Source: Camelus ferus (taxonomy: Eukaryota). Taken from it: DNA of 64,000 bases. Positions 1 to 14,089 of the stretch are shown in pieces. The notes under the pieces are model-generated. The model was not told the DNA's origin. It ran no database searches and saw only the letters and a program-made list of their open reading frames with translations. The stretch covers positions 43,402,001 to 43,466,000 of the forward strand of contig NC_045697.1 in the NCBI RefSeq assembly GCF_009834535.1, given 5' to 3'. Positions within the stretch are counted from its first letter, which is position 1, and each line of letters opens with the position of its first letter. The position numbers were made by a program, and so were the translations under genes.

Positions 1-819
1 TTGATGGTTTAAAATTGGGATGAAGATTTTACACATTATATCACCTATCAGAATAATACGTATGTCATCGCAGAAATAAGAGCAAACAGCAACTCAAGAG
101 GCACAGTCAGTCTAGAGGGGCTGATAGCAGTGTGCTTCACCGGCTTGTGACAAAGCACAGCTGTCAGTTCTACCACACGTTCCAGGCACCATCTTGTTGT
201 TGTCCTTGGGTCTCCCCAAAAAGTCCCTGTAGCTTGTGGCCAATAGCCATTTAGAAGAAACTGATAACTCCATTATGCCAATGGGCCCCTCCTGAACCTT
301 CGTATGAGCAAAGCAACTACCATAATAGACATTGGTGGCAATTACTTCTATTACCAGAGAAGAACTTACTTCAAAGAAGTGTTCTCCACTTTGGATTCTA
401 AAGAATCCAATCTACTTTCTTTAAGTAGCGGGAATCCAACATGCCTCAATGTTTGTCTACCATCCTTTAAGTCCTCAAGTTTACAGCCAGGGAATATAGG
501 TAGCTCACTAAAGAATGGCTGAAACTAAAGTTAAAGCATTTCTGAAATTATAATTATGAAAAAGTAATCATGTTAAATTGACTCAGTGTTTTGGAAATAT
601 GCCAAATGCTTAAAAATGAATAATGCCTTTTACTTTCTCCTTCAATATCTGTTAGCCAAAATGACAAAGAGTTTAACAGAAGATGTTACTCCTGCTGAAA
701 AACCTGACATCACAGATTCACAGAGCTAACCATAGGCTCATCTATTCAACAGGCTGACTTTACAATCTCAGGTCCAGAAAGTTTTAGTGATTTGCCACCA
801 GGTAACCATACTTCCAGAC

Positions 820-1580
820 CATTTTTTATAGCATTTATTCATTTCTATTCAAATTACATAGTAAACATGTGTCTGATGCAAAATACTTGGAAAATGCATA
901 AAAACACAATTAAAGCAAAAATTGTAAATCATAATCCATGCACCCCAAAGTTAGCAACTATCAACATTCCAATAGTTTTCCTATGCATTTTTTTCCCACA
1001 AATTAGAATCATGCTATGGATACTGTTTTGTAACCTGCTTTTGCTTTCACATAACAATATACTCTGAAACTTTCCATGACATTGAATATTATTTTACTAT
1101 TTCATTCTTAAAAACACAGTTTTCAGAATATGAATATATAATCAATTATTTAACTTGTCCCCTATTGTAGGACTAGTTATTTTCAACATTTTATTATTAG
1201 AAACACTGTGCTCAATAGTCATAAATCTCTATGCACGTTTCTATTTCATTAGAATACATTATTAAAAGTGAGATTGCTGGTTTAAGTGGTAAAATGCTTT
1301 AAACTGCCAAGTCCACTCCACCAAAGAGTTGTATCAAGATTAACTTCTGTAGCATAGGGAATTGTATTCAATACCTTGTAATAGCTTATAATGAAAAAGA
1401 GTATGAAAAGGAATATATATGTGTTTATAACGGAACCACTCTGCTGTACACAAGAAACTAACACAGCATTGTAAATTGGCTGTACTTCAATTTAAAAAGA
1501 TTGGCTTCTGCCACACTCTCATCAACAGTAGTCATTATTATTTTTGAAACTCATTTCCTAATTGATAAGTAAAGAAAATG
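820..1580 (-). mobile_element. Ancient L1ME-like 3' fragment (host of the 1350-1496 insertion)
   Basis: Diverged L1ME-type motifs (ATACTGTTTTGTAACCTGCTTTT, GTGAGATTGCTGG). Confidence 0.6.
1350..1496 (+). mobile_element. Short artiodactyl-type L1 3'UTR fragment
   Basis: Matches the 3'UTR at 39670-39845. Degenerate TSD AAGATTAACTTCTG (1336-1349) / AAGATTGGCTTCTG (1497-1510). Confidence 0.85.
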
Positions 1581-4019
1581 GAAATGGCTGATCTGCTTTT
1601 ATTCAATCACTCACTGGAACTTGATTTTATTTTCAGAATAAACACATTTCAACAAGACTTTATTTAGTTCTGCCTTATTTGTTGGAGAAACTGTAATAAC
1701 ATATAATTAATCACTGCCAAGATCCTCCCTGCCCTCTGAAAAATATAAAAATCTATACGCTAATAATTTAAGTATCTCATTGCAAATGAAAGTTTCAGTG
1801 GTTATTTTGCAAAAGTATCTTATTGCCGTCTTAGGGAGAAACTAAAAATTGCCATTGCAATTCTCTCCTACAAACGTAAGTTCAGAGAAAAGCTCCTCAG
1901 CATCACCTGAGATCTCACACTACTGCTCTGGCCACTTCTGCCCATCTCTGGCGAGGGCTTCTATGACGAGAATCGCCCTTGGAAGACATATGGGTGGTAG
2001 GGCAGCAAGCCAACCTCAAAAGAAACCTTCGGACCATTGAACAACATAAGCATATTTCACTCTCCTTTTTCCCTAGTTCTTCTAGAAGCTTTTGTGTTAT
2101 TTTATGATGTGACCCTCCTCTGCCATTCTATATTTTTCTAAGGAGTGAACAAGAAAGACACAGTGGGCCTTATATGCTAAATAAATAGGGCTAGTCCTTG
2201 GATCTAAGACTGAGGCACAAAAAGAAAGAAGCCATTACTATTTTAAAACACAAACAAATCTCAACCAAAGAACATTTAACTAGCAGCTTTTGTTCAAGTG
2301 GACATGTCTTTTTATCTCAGCCTGGAGGAAGGATGCCATGCAGATGGTGGGCTAGCTCCGTTGGATATGCTAGGAGACCAAGATAAAAAAGAAATTATAA
2401 AAGACAAGACCTCTCTATTTAAGATTCTCCTGACATTGTGGTCCCACAGAACTGGAGGACTCTACCTGCAAGGCTACTAAACTTGTATAGAATTTCCCCA
2501 GAGCTCAAATATATTCTACCCTTTTGGCCCCAAAAAGTCAAATTAGGGGTGTGGAAGAAGAGAAGATGGAGTCACCAACTTCATTCCCTCTTCACAAGTT
2601 TTTATCCAACTCTTCCTTGTCTCTCTTTATACTCCCTCCCAGCCACAAAATATGGTGGAAAAATAGGAATTAAATTAGTATCTTGCAAAACACTTTATAA
2701 CATATGAGAAAAGTGATTGGAAAATGACAAATCAAAAATTTCCCTAATCATCATTTTAAGTGCACTCATTATGATTTCATAACATTTTTACATGAGTGTT
2801 TTCTCTTAAAAATAATGTTTAAATGATTCTTGGAATTGTCTTTTTATTCACTGGACTCCTGCACATATACTGTCTAAAATTCCTTCATTTCATGTAAAGC
2901 CTTATTTAAGCAGAAAAGGAAAGTAGAGAATTGAGATGAAATTATTAATTTTTAGCTGGGAATGGTCATAGAGAAGGGAAGAATAAAGTGGAAAATTAAA
3001 ACAATCATCCAAAATAACCAAAGGGAGGAAAAGTCACTTGCAACTCACATTTGGCCTCCGGTTTTCATTGCATTTTCGTGGAGAAATACGGCCTTGATTG
3101 TTTCTCCAACATGACTTCTGATGTAGGAAAACTAAATAGGTTGGCATATCACTCACAAAGTATTTGTAAACCTGTGTCAAACGTTTCTGCCATGGGGAAA
3201 AACCGAAAAGGCAGTTTTTCCAAATGCAGGTGCATTCATTTAGGAAAGGACAGACGGAAACAGGGCACATTTGTTGTCTACGCCCTCTTTCCCAAACTTG
3301 TTTTTAAGGTTTTATTGCAAGAAAAACGTGTGCTTTTCTCCTGCTATTGGGCTTTCAGATGATTTTTCTACACAGAAAAGAAGCCTCTGGCATTTTTTAC
3401 ATTGCAACCAGCAGTTGCTTGGCTGCGCTATCAAAGCAGGCCCAGCAGATCCTCTTGAATGGAAACTCCGAGACCCACCACAGACTCTGGCTGCACTAAT
3501 GAACTAAGAGCACAGATTCCACTGGGCCCCAGCAAGGCAGCAGGGGGGACATAAAATCCCACAAAGATGGGACTAGGCTTCGGTCATAAAGAATCAACTT
3601 GTCTTAGCAGGTGCTGTAAGTCCCAACATCTGCTGGCCACATAAAACAAAGTGGCTAATAGACAGTGTGAAAACAAACACACCATGAAGAGTTATTTCGC
3701 TACTTTTCTCAGCATTGGTCATCTCAAGGTTTGGCGTTTTTTTCTATTGTTTTTTTAATAGGACGCAAACTTAGATGTAAATGCTTTTCAGCATACAGTA
3801 GAGTCAGATCAATTACTTTCCTAAATTTATTTAAAGTAATAATATCCAGAAGGGATAGAGTGAAATCAGAGCATATCTTACCACAGTAACCCTGGTGAAA
3901 CCAATGGGATTCCGCTCAGTGGAAGATTCAGAGAAACAAGCAAATTGCTTACGTGGATGCAGGCAACATGTGACGAAAAACACAGTGACTAAGGACCATC
4001 ACCAACTGCACATGGAGAA

Positions 4020-4270
4020 GTCCAGTGCAGTGGTTAAGGATGCAGGCTTCCAAATCAGAAGGATCTGGGTTCAAATCCCCAGTCCGTTGTTTAGCAGGCA
4101 TATAACGTCTCTGAAGTTCAGTTTACCTCTGTATCAAATGGAAATAGAAATACCTTCCTCACAGAACTGAGGGCAGATTAAAATAAAACAGTATTGTTAA
4201 GCACTTAGAACAGAGTCTAAAATAAAGCGAGCACTCTATACACAGCAGCTTACTGTAGTTGTCATTACTA
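4020..4270 (+). mobile_element. MIR SINE
   Basis: GTGCAGTGGTTAAG, CTGGGTTCAAATCCC, core CAGTTTACCTCTGTATCAAATGG, AAGCACTTAGAACAG. Confidence 0.85.
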
Positions 4271-6199
4271 TTGATCACTTATGTATAACCTAGTTTGTCC
4301 AGAACTAGATTTAAGATGGCCTATAACAATAATAAAATACGGCAGAATAATACAAATCAATGGATGAAAAGAAAAAAGGGACCAAAATAAAGGGAATTTT
4401 TTTTTCGCTCACATAGAATTCATTTTGACCCCGTGGTTCAATCAGATTAAAATTTGTATTTCTTCTTCATGAACTACTCATCAAATACACAGCCACTAAA
4501 ACCAAGGTACAACTTCACAACACTAAAAGGACTCCTGGGAAGACTAAAAACTTCATTTTTATTTCACTCCGGGTCACAGACTCTTGCTCTTGCTCCCATG
4601 AAAATATCAGCTATCAGGAAACAGGCTACTATAAACTTTAGTGGCCGGGGCACAAGTACCAAGAAGCCGAATAAAGTGGTCTCCACTGATTCTGCCCTAG
4701 AAGATCTACCCAAATTTCTCCTTCAGTTTGCACTTAGATTTTCCCACTCCCAAACCGTCACTGATTTCCATGCTTATCAGGGCATGTGACACTGCATTGT
4801 TATTTAGTGAGACCTCAAAAAACCAGATCCCGTAATAAATTTTATTTTAGAAAAACATCACTTCCAGTGTCAGATCTCTAGGGAAGTGAGGCACCTTGGC
4901 ATGTAAATTTACAGAAGTCTACTTTTGAATATTAATTATGTATCGCACTACCTTCTCACATAATTATTTTTGCTATAAATTTTGCTCCAGCAAGCTGTAG
5001 GATTAGCATTTTAAAGACTTACTGGAGATGGGAGTTCAACCAATAAACATAAACACTCTTGGCCTCCCGTGGAGATATGCTTTAATTTGTAACACTCAGA
5101 GTCCATGTTTATTCTGACAGACTGAGAACTAGGAAGACCATACCACAGAAGTGGGAAGAAGAAGAGGTTTCCTCCTGAATGCAAAGTCCCATTGAATGGC
5201 TCCCTGGAAGCCTTTGTTGAGAAATATCCTGGGACAGTGCTTAAGCTCAAGGCGAAAAAGTTCTGCACCAACTGATGACATCTATCACGGGCAGAGGAAC
5301 AAGGCGGTAGGAGCATGATGGCAGGTGTTTGCCCTTCCTGCCATTCACACTGGACCTACAAACCACACACAGCCATTCAAAGCCATGGAAATTTGCTCAG
5401 AATGTTAAACGCTAAGCCAAGCAGTTCCTCCAAACCTATGAACCTCTTGCCACTCTTTCAAACTGTCATGCCCAGTAATAAACAGTGCAGATGAGTCCTG
5501 AGCTGGTGCTCGGCCAAAGGAGCCAGTTGAAATTAACTCCTGAGCACAGGAAGTCGCCCTGGGAAAGCACAAGAGGGTGGATGAGGAAGGCAGGTTAAGA
5601 GGGGAAGTGGTTATTACCCTCTCTCTCTCAAAAGTGCTTTCCTTTATAGAGCAAAGAATATTGCAGAATGTAACTTTGACAACTGAAGCAAAGAAGATAA
5701 CTGATACAGACTGATCATGTAGAATTATGATTCATTCTGGTCATAAGAATTAGTCCTAAAGAAAAGTACTTCCTTTTAAACAAATATATCACAGCCACCC
5801 GTGTCAATCTGAGCTAGCCTGACAATTGGCTGTGCCTACAATCAGTCACTGAGTGTCTCCACTCCTACTGGCCAGCATCTTTGCAGGAAAGACGGAGACT
5901 AGTTCATAGCCTAGGTTCAGCCTTTCCTAACACCCTTAAGAGCTACAAAAGGTTGGGGGCAAAATCATTGGCCCCTTTTCTTGAGTTGCAGACTGCGCAG
6001 GTCTCAGTCAACACAGATGTTTTCCTTTGTTGTAACTGAGGAGGAGATAAGGGGGTGCCCAGGCAGGCTTGAGATCAAAATGAAATCTTGTAATTTTAAA
6101 ACAATCATTAGAGGAAGGTGTACTGCGTCAACAGTTTTTATTTCTATTCATATTTAAATTTTTAAAAAATAGATATAAGATAATTTAGAAGGACATGAA

Positions 6200-6480
6200 G
6201 TGTTACATATTGGACGATTCTGTTTATATAAAATATTCAGAATAAGTAAATCAATAGAGACAAAAAGTAAATTTGTAGTGGCTAGGGACTCAGGGGAGGC
6301 AGAATAGGGAGCAACTGTGTAATGGGGTGCATCTCCATCTGGGGGGAATAAAAACATTTTAGAACACAATAGAAGTGATGGTTGTATAACATTGTGAATA
6401 CACTAAATGCCACTGAATATACACTTTAAAATGGTTAATTTTATGTTCTGTGAATTTGTGAATTTTACCTCAATTTTTTA
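6200..6480 (+). mobile_element. L1MB-like 3'UTR fragment
   Basis: GTGATGGTTGTATAACATTGTGAATACACTAAATGCCACTGAAT...TTTAAAATGGTTAATTTTATG. Confidence 0.8.
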
Positions 6481-6625
6481 AAGATAATTTGTGGGGACAT
6501 TTGGTGAAATTTGAATATGAACTGGATATTAAATTACATTGTGGAATTATTCTTAGGTATAATAATAGTACGATGTTATGAGGAAAAATAAAATTTTCTA
6601 TGCTTTTTTCAAAAATGCATGTGAA

Positions 6626-7840
6626 AACAGGCAACAAAAACAAAAGCAGACAAGTGGTACTACATCAAACCAAAAAGTTTCTGCACACAGCAAAGGAAAC
6701 AACCACAGAATAAATAGGTAACCTACAAAATGGAAGAAAATATTTGCAAACTACATATCTGGAAAGGGGTTAATGGCCAAAATATATAAGGAACTCCAAC
6801 ACCTCAATAGCAAGAAACAAATAGACAGATTTTTTAAAAACGAGCAAAGATCTTGAATAGACATCTCTCCAAAGAAGATTTACAGATGGCTAACAGGTAT
6901 ATGAAAAGGTGCTCAACTTCATTAGTCATCAGGGAAATGCAAATCAAAACTACAATGAGATATCACCTCACCTTTAGGATGGCTATTATTAAAAAAAGAA
7001 AAAAGATAAATATTGGCAAGGATATGGAGAAATTGGAAACTTTGTGAACTGCTAATGGGAATGTAAAATGGTACAAATATGGAAGCTCCTTAAAAAATTA
7101 AAAATAAAACTACTTTATTATCTAGCAGTCTCACTTCTGGGTATACAGCCAAAAGAATAGAAATCAGGATCTTGGAATGGTATCTGCACTCCCGTGTTCA
7201 CTGCAGCCCTGTTCACAATTCACAATATGGAGAAAACTCAAATGTCCATAGACAAATAAAGAAAGAAGAGGTGGTATATACATATGATGGATGCTATTAC
7301 TCAGTCTTACAAAAAAAGAAAATTGTCATATGCAACTATATGGACGAACCTGGAGGACTTTATGCTAAGTGAAATAAGCCTGTTGCAGAAGGACAAATAC
7401 TGCATGATTCCACTTATATAAGGTATCTCAACTAGTCAAATTCATAGAAGCAGAAAGTAGAACGGTGGTTGCCAGGGCCTGGGGGAGGGGGAGATGGGGA
7501 GATTTTTCATGATTAAAGTTTTGGTTAAGCAAGGTGAGTAAGTTCTAGAGATCTGCAAACATCTCTTTGGGCACAAAGTCATGACTAATGTTAACAGTAC
7601 TGTATTGCGCACCTAAAAATTGTTATGAGAGTAGTTGTCACATTAAATGCTCTTACCATATACACACACACAAAAGGGGGATACAAGGAACCTTTTGAAG
7701 GTGACAGATATGTTTATTGCCTTAATTGAATGGTGGTTTCACAAGTATATGCATATGTCCAAACTCATCAAATTGTATACATTAAATATGTACAGTTTTT
7801 ATATATCAATTATACCTCAGTAAACCTGTTAATTAAAAAA
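6626..7840 (+). mobile_element. L1MA-like 3' portion nested in an older L1ME/MC fragment (6480-6625, 7840-8045)
   Basis: Degenerate ORF2 C-terminus (ORF track 6853-7047: [35 protein letters not shown]) followed by 3'UTR. Confidence 0.9.
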
Positions 7841-8099
7841 GAGATGCGTGCAGATGTCTTTAGCACTAAAGTGTCATGATATCTGCAACTTACTTTCCAA
7901 TAGTTCAGCAAAAACCATACATTTCTAGAGAGAGAGAGATTAAAGAAAAATATTTTAAATTGTTGAATCTAAGTGGAGGATACTGGGCTGTTCATTTGGC
8001 TATTATGTCAATGCTTCAATATGTTGGAAATTTTAAAAATAAATACTCAGAGAAATTTTTTAACGTTCTCCTGAAATTCAGAATGAAGACTCATATTAA

Positions 8100-8440
8100 T
8101 CAATCAATCAGTTAACTAATTAATTAATACAAAAAATTTTGTCGAGCATCTGCTAGATTCCAGGTGCTGTGCCAGGTACTCAGGACATAAGAATGAATGA
8201 AACAGATGTAATCTCTACCCTCATAAAGCTTACAGCCCAGTGAGGTAACTTGTAAATAATTAGGCAGCTATGACGGGAGGACACCAAGGGAATACACAGG
8301 ATGTGCTGGAAGAGTCAAGAAAACTCCCCAGAGGATTGAAGACAAGGACTGAGACCTTCAGGACCCCATTTGAGGTCAGCTAGGTAAAGAGAATGAGCAT
8401 TCCAGGTACAACCAGCAGAGTGAGGGCTAAGAAATGAGAT
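8100..8440 (-). mobile_element. L2 3' fragment
   Basis: GAGCATCTGCTAGATTCCAGGTGCTGTGCCAGG...CCCTCATAAAGCTTACAG resembles the antisense L2 3' end. Confidence 0.65.
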
Positions 8441-11417
8441 TCTGGACCAAGAGCTGAATATCAAAATGCCTCCAGGGGCCATTTAAATAGCATAAATGAA
8501 TGAAAACAGGAAGCAGCCCCATTTAAAGGAGGCTCTCCAGTGTAGGGGTGCTGACACTCAACTCCAGCCAAGAAAAAGCCTCAAGGCAAGGAGAAAATCG
8601 GGAACCAGGGAGTAATCACCACAGTTGTAGAGAAGTCCCAGTCCAGGGCACTTCCACTCCCCTGTCTTGTCTTTCCTAAAGGAGAGGAAGATGGCAGCCT
8701 AATGTTCAAGGCATTAGAAGAACACCAGGGCTGGGGAAACAACCATGACCATGACCACTAGCCAGGTCTACATAAACACTTGTACTAATGCAACCTAAGC
8801 AACCCCCCTTCACTGTGCACATTTTTCTTTTTGTTTTAAATACTAGCAGGGAGAGAGAGGCACGGGCACAGGGTGGTAATTCCTAGAGTTGTAAAGTCTT
8901 AGTATTCTGAGTTGAACCGATCATCATTCTAGAGCTACTTGAACATAACCATGTAGCAAAACGCTGGGAGGGCTCAAGGCTCTGCTTGGTTTTGTTTTGC
9001 TTCCCTGACAGTAGCCAGACTGGAACTTATGTTGGAGACTTCAGAGGGAAAAGCCCTAACTTTGTTTCTCCTCTATTCTTGCTACAGGACAGACAGAGGT
9101 GGAGAAAGACAAGAGGATGGGATTTTAAAGAAAAAGAATATCTCAGAAAACCTTGAGATTAATATAGTGTTGGGCCTTTTGGAAACAACAAGGTTAGGCT
9201 AAACAGTTGGAGTTACCCTTTCCCTAAGGCTACCCTTTTCAGTAGGCGTTAATGTTAATGGAATTGAGGTTTGTTGGGCTGGGAAGGTGTCCAGTACTAC
9301 ATTTCAGATTTCAGTCTGGGAGCCTTGGGGGGCTTCTGCAAAATCCATGACAGTCCCTCGTGCCCAGAAAGGGGCCAGGACATCTCTGAAGACCTGGGGT
9401 GCCCACTTTACAATCAGAGCCCTTGAAGAAAATTATCTCCACTTCCTACCTTGAAACACATCTCTGGGTGGGTTATTTTATCCTAGTCTGGGGCCTGAGA
9501 AGAAGCCTGACTGCTAATTCGCAGTTCTAGTCCTTTGAAGTGCCATTGATATTCCAAACTTGGGGAGCCCCCCGCATCATAATGGAATCTTCAACCCGCC
9601 CCCAGCCACACTACAAATAAACTTGCTCCAGCGAACCTTCGAGCAGGCCCTGCGCACCAACGCCAGCTGACCTCTGAGAAAAGGGCTTGGGCAGCATAAG
9701 CTTTGCAAAGGAAAATAAAATCCTCAGCATGGAGCCTCAAACAAGAAAAACAGTGAGATATTTAAACCTGACCATTTCTTTTTAAAGACTTGGGTGTTCT
9801 TCAGAAAGGGAATTTCCCTCCCACCTCAGAAGGGTCCAAAGTGTTACTCATACTATTTACAGAGCTTTGAAGTGTGTCTCCAAAGTTTGAGTTCAGCTCT
9901 GAGGAATGTGAGGGTCAAATCATTTTCCCTTTCTGATGAAGGAAGGCTGTGAATTTAATACCACAATTTATTCAAAACAAGGAAATACACTGAGGCACTC
10001 TACACTATGAATGCACAACAGTAGACACTTGGAACTGTATCCTACTCCAAAGAGTTCATACGGTTTGGCCAAGAGTGGCGAGACGTTTAAATGAGCCTTC
10101 TGGTTAATCCATTTCTACCAGCCTCAGCACCTGTAAAATGCAAGCTACTTTGCTTCTAATAATAGGAATTGACTTAATTTATTTAAACAATGTTAGAGTC
10201 ATCATTTTCGAAAAGTAAAATAATTGAAGATCTATTCCTATAGTATGTGTATATTTTATGAAAACTGAAGGTTAAATAGCACATCTGGGGCATCTGGCTT
10301 TTCCTGGTAACCCTCCAGGTGACCTCCCTTTTTAAAAGTGGCCTTTTGAGCTTTATTATCTTAACAAGAACCTCCATTTATATAGCCGCTTTCTTTATGG
10401 AGCTTGAAGCACTCTGTTGACCTTGGAATGCCCTTCGTGCATAGTAGGATGCTCTCCCTGGCCTACAGAGATGGCGAGACAGCCACAGGCCAAGGACCAA
10501 AAGGCTTGGCTGTGGGCAGTGGGTGCTGACTGAGCATCCAGAATTAGTCTCTCCACTGAAACGACACAGGAATATTTTGTTCTACAAGACCCAGCAGTGT
10601 GCTGCCCCTGTACACTTGCAGAGGCTACAAGGGGTCCAACCTTCTGAGGCAGGTTTGTGCTCTCCACTTACTGGTTGCTAATCTTAATTAAGCACATAGC
10701 TTAAATTCCTCTAACCTCCACTTCCACATCTATAAAATGAGATTAAAACTACCAACTTCATACATCTGTTGTGCAGCACTTTGTGGCCCTTATATGTTTG
10801 CCTAGCTGCCTCCCCCTACTAGTTTGTATTTAGCTGAATTAGCATTCTTGGCTGAATAAATACGGAATGACCTGGCACTGTGCTCATAGCTTGACTTAGA
10901 TTATTTTATTTAATTCTCACAAAAGCACATGGGCTAGGTATAATTATTAGCAGACACAGGAAACTGATACTTACAACAGTTAAGTAATTTGCCTGTGTTC
11001 ATGAACTCATGGAATCAGGGTTCCAGGCAAAGCCCTGGGCCTCTACAGCTTGTGTTCTTAACTAGGATACCACTTCTTATTCTTGGCCATTCAGATCTTA
11101 ACACATACAGTAGGCATGTAAATACATGATTACAATGTAATACAAAATGCATTTTCTGGTAATTTTATGTTTTGTTCTAGTCATTTTAGAAAGACCTGGT
11201 TCACTTTGGGATGCCCATGCCAAACTACATAAAAAGTATAGGACATTGTCAAAGTGAAGTTCCTTCAGGTCCTTCTCCCTGGCTGGCATATCTCCTCCTC
11301 CTCCCTCTCATCCTGCCTACTTCCTTGGCAGCCCTCATTCAGTGTTATTCCTTGACTCTGGCAGTCAACCTACCTGGTGACCTGGTTTTGAACTTGGTCC
11401 ATAGGGGATCAGCTACT

Positions 11418-12640
11418 CCAGGGGTCTTTAAACTGATATATGTGCATCTCTAGAAACACAAAAGGGTTTTCCAAGGGATGAGTGGTCAGGAGAGACTTTA
11501 AAGGAGTTAGTTTCCAGATCCTCAGTTTTTATATGTACTCTCTCCTAAAACTAATTTTGCCTGAGAGAAAGCTTGTTGAAAAAGAACAAGCTCTTATTTC
11601 TCACTTTCTCTTTCATTTCTCCCTTCTTGCAAAACAGGTATGCTTTTCTTTCTTTCCAATCTCACCCAAGGTACATGACCCCAAGGCATAAAGACCTTGA
11701 GGGTACCAAAGAGCCAGTTGGAAAATATATGTTTGTCATTGTTTCTAATTCTTTTCTTTCAGCCACATTTAAGGAGATCTAATTGAATTGTCACCTAATG
11801 GATCATTAAAAATACTTTTTGATTATTGATTTGAGTATATATCAGAATTTCAGAAAATTGAGAAATGTTGTTATAATGAAACTTATTTCCCCTCAGCTTC
11901 TCATTTACTTAAAAAGTACTTCAGTATTTTCATTCATAAAAGTAAAAACTAAGAATTATGCTGAACTCTGTCTTATTTTAGCAACACTGAGACATCCACA
12001 ATTCAATTAAACTAAAATTTAGTTGAACTAATTAAAAAATATAGCCCTAGCCATTTTATAAAAATACTTTTTCAGTGAAAGTTTGTCTTTTTAAGTTATT
12101 TATCAAAATGTGTAATATACTTGTTTTTTAACCAATTGTGTACTATTAAAATCATAATAAGAATTTAGTCGATAATGTTTTAACATTTACAACTTGATGG
12201 CTAGAGGAAAAAATTAATTAAAATATCAATGTATATCCTTATTTTGTAGCAGAGAATTATGACATAGACTTTAAGACTTTAAGCATAAAATATATTACAT
12301 AAAGATAAAATTCTTTGGGAGAAGTGAAATGGGAATATGAATTCAAAAGAAAAATAAATGATGTAAATGTTCAGCCTGTTAAAAGAAGAGTTCATTTGTA
12401 TATTTTTAAATAGGTGATTGTAGATATCAAATCAGTAGTTAGATTACATTGGATGCAGTTTAAAGGGTGATGTAACAATGTTATATAAAAGCTCCATATC
12501 TACAATGTTTTATCTAAAAGGCCTATATTTACAATACAATGGAAATACACCCTTTCCACTATTCTAGTTACACTTAAAATGTATAAGGGGATATGAAAGT
12601 TTTCAAAAGTCTCAGTGGGTACATGTGACTAATTCTGAAG
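11418..12640 (+). mobile_element. hAT-Charlie DNA transposon fossil
   Basis: Charlie-like start CAGGGGTCTTTAAACTG. Decayed transposase C-terminal remnants (EDLIELS; KTKNYAELCLILA...HP in ORF 11819-12010). Confidence 0.55.
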
Positions 12641-13009
12641 GCTCCTTTATGTGCAAAACAAAGGAAGAAGCAATACTCATATCCCTCATCTGTCAAACAT
12701 ATAGTAGGTGCTTAATAAATGTGTGTTAAATAGGTTTATACTGAAGCATTTTGTAAATTAAAAATCACTCTACAAATGTTACAGTTGGTGATGCAACGTT
12801 GTCATACCCTGTGCCTACATCAGTCATCACAAGAAATCTCACAGATTTGGTTCAGGATGAAATACTAGCACCAACCCTAGGTCCTATGTTGGTGATGTTT
12901 ATTATTTTCACAATGTCCTTACAGCCTTTCAAAAATCACCTGACTTTGACTTCAGAGTGTGTTGTTAGTGGATAAACTCAGTATTAAAATAGTTACCCCA
13001 ACGAGTATT

Positions 13010-13570
13010 TTCAACTAGTGGAAACTAGTGGGAATGTGAATCCTTTCGGAGTGGAGCCTGGCAAGAGCTACCCGAATTACAAATGCATTTCCCCTTTAAC
13101 TCAGCAATCATACATCTGAGACTTTCTTTACTGATACACTTAGACCCATACATAGTAACCTATTTTACGAAATATTGGGAAAATATTGGTAACTACCCAA
13201 GTAAGATTGGTTAAATTATGGCAATCAACACCATGGCACACTATATAGCTGCAAAAAAAAAAATTAATGTTTTTAACTGATAAGGCAATATCTCTGGATA
13301 TATTTAAGTGGGAAACAAAATCAAGGTGCTTAATAGCATCTATGGTATGCAAATCTCTGAGCAAAAACATGCACAGGAATAAGAACATTCATGTGTGTAT
13401 GTGCTTGGATTGGCAAAAGGAAACACTGGAGGAATAAAAAACAGGAGCAAGGGGAACCGGGTGGATAGGGACAAGGTGGGACTGAGATTTTTCAGCATAT
13501 GCCTTTTATATCACTTTAATGTTTAAACCATGTATTACAATCGATTCAAAAAATAAAAGTATCAAAAAGA
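13010..13570 (+). mobile_element. Ancient L1ME-like 3' fragment
   Basis: GTGGGAATGTGAA...CCCTTTAACTCAGCAATC...GGTTAAATTATGG; terminal TTTAAACCATGTATTAC. Confidence 0.6.
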
Positions 13571-14089
13571 AAAGTTTTCATAAACCAGAGTTCAGTGTTT
13601 AACTTGATACATTTTAATTAGTTGACCTTATCTGAGAATATTTTCTGAATCAAGACTCAATCTTGAAGTCCCCTGAACATATTTTCTCTGTATGATTATG
13701 GATGCATATTTTATTGACTTTGCTGCAGAAACAGTAATTGCTAAATTGGAACTCCATGAAATGCGTGCATATACCCCACAGAAGCTTAATTTATTTAATG
13801 GTTTAAAGCAATTTACAAAAAGTGACTTAGGGTTTTTTTTGTTTTTTGTTTTTTGTTTTTGGCTAGCTCCCTATATTTCTCTTTTCTTTCTCATTCCAGT
13901 AGTCAGTTGAGTCTGGTACATTTCGTTGAGCATACTCAAATGTAGAGCAGAACTATTTTAATGGCACATTTAGTGCCCATTTGTAATAATGCTTTTAGTC
14001 ATTAAAATGTACACTAGGGAGAGCCATGACAGCGTCACTAAATAATTACAGTCATGCAGAAATGGGGATAAGAGAAGGAGGTCCAACTC

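Noticed and set aside
361..410. Adjacent short hairpins (TTGGATTCT/AGAATCCAA)
   Set aside because: 9-bp stems are expected by chance in 64 kb, and there is no ncRNA context.
3050..3117. Minus-strand exon candidate (AT|GTGAGT)
   Set aside because: Moderate splice sites and unrecognised peptides; insufficient evidence.
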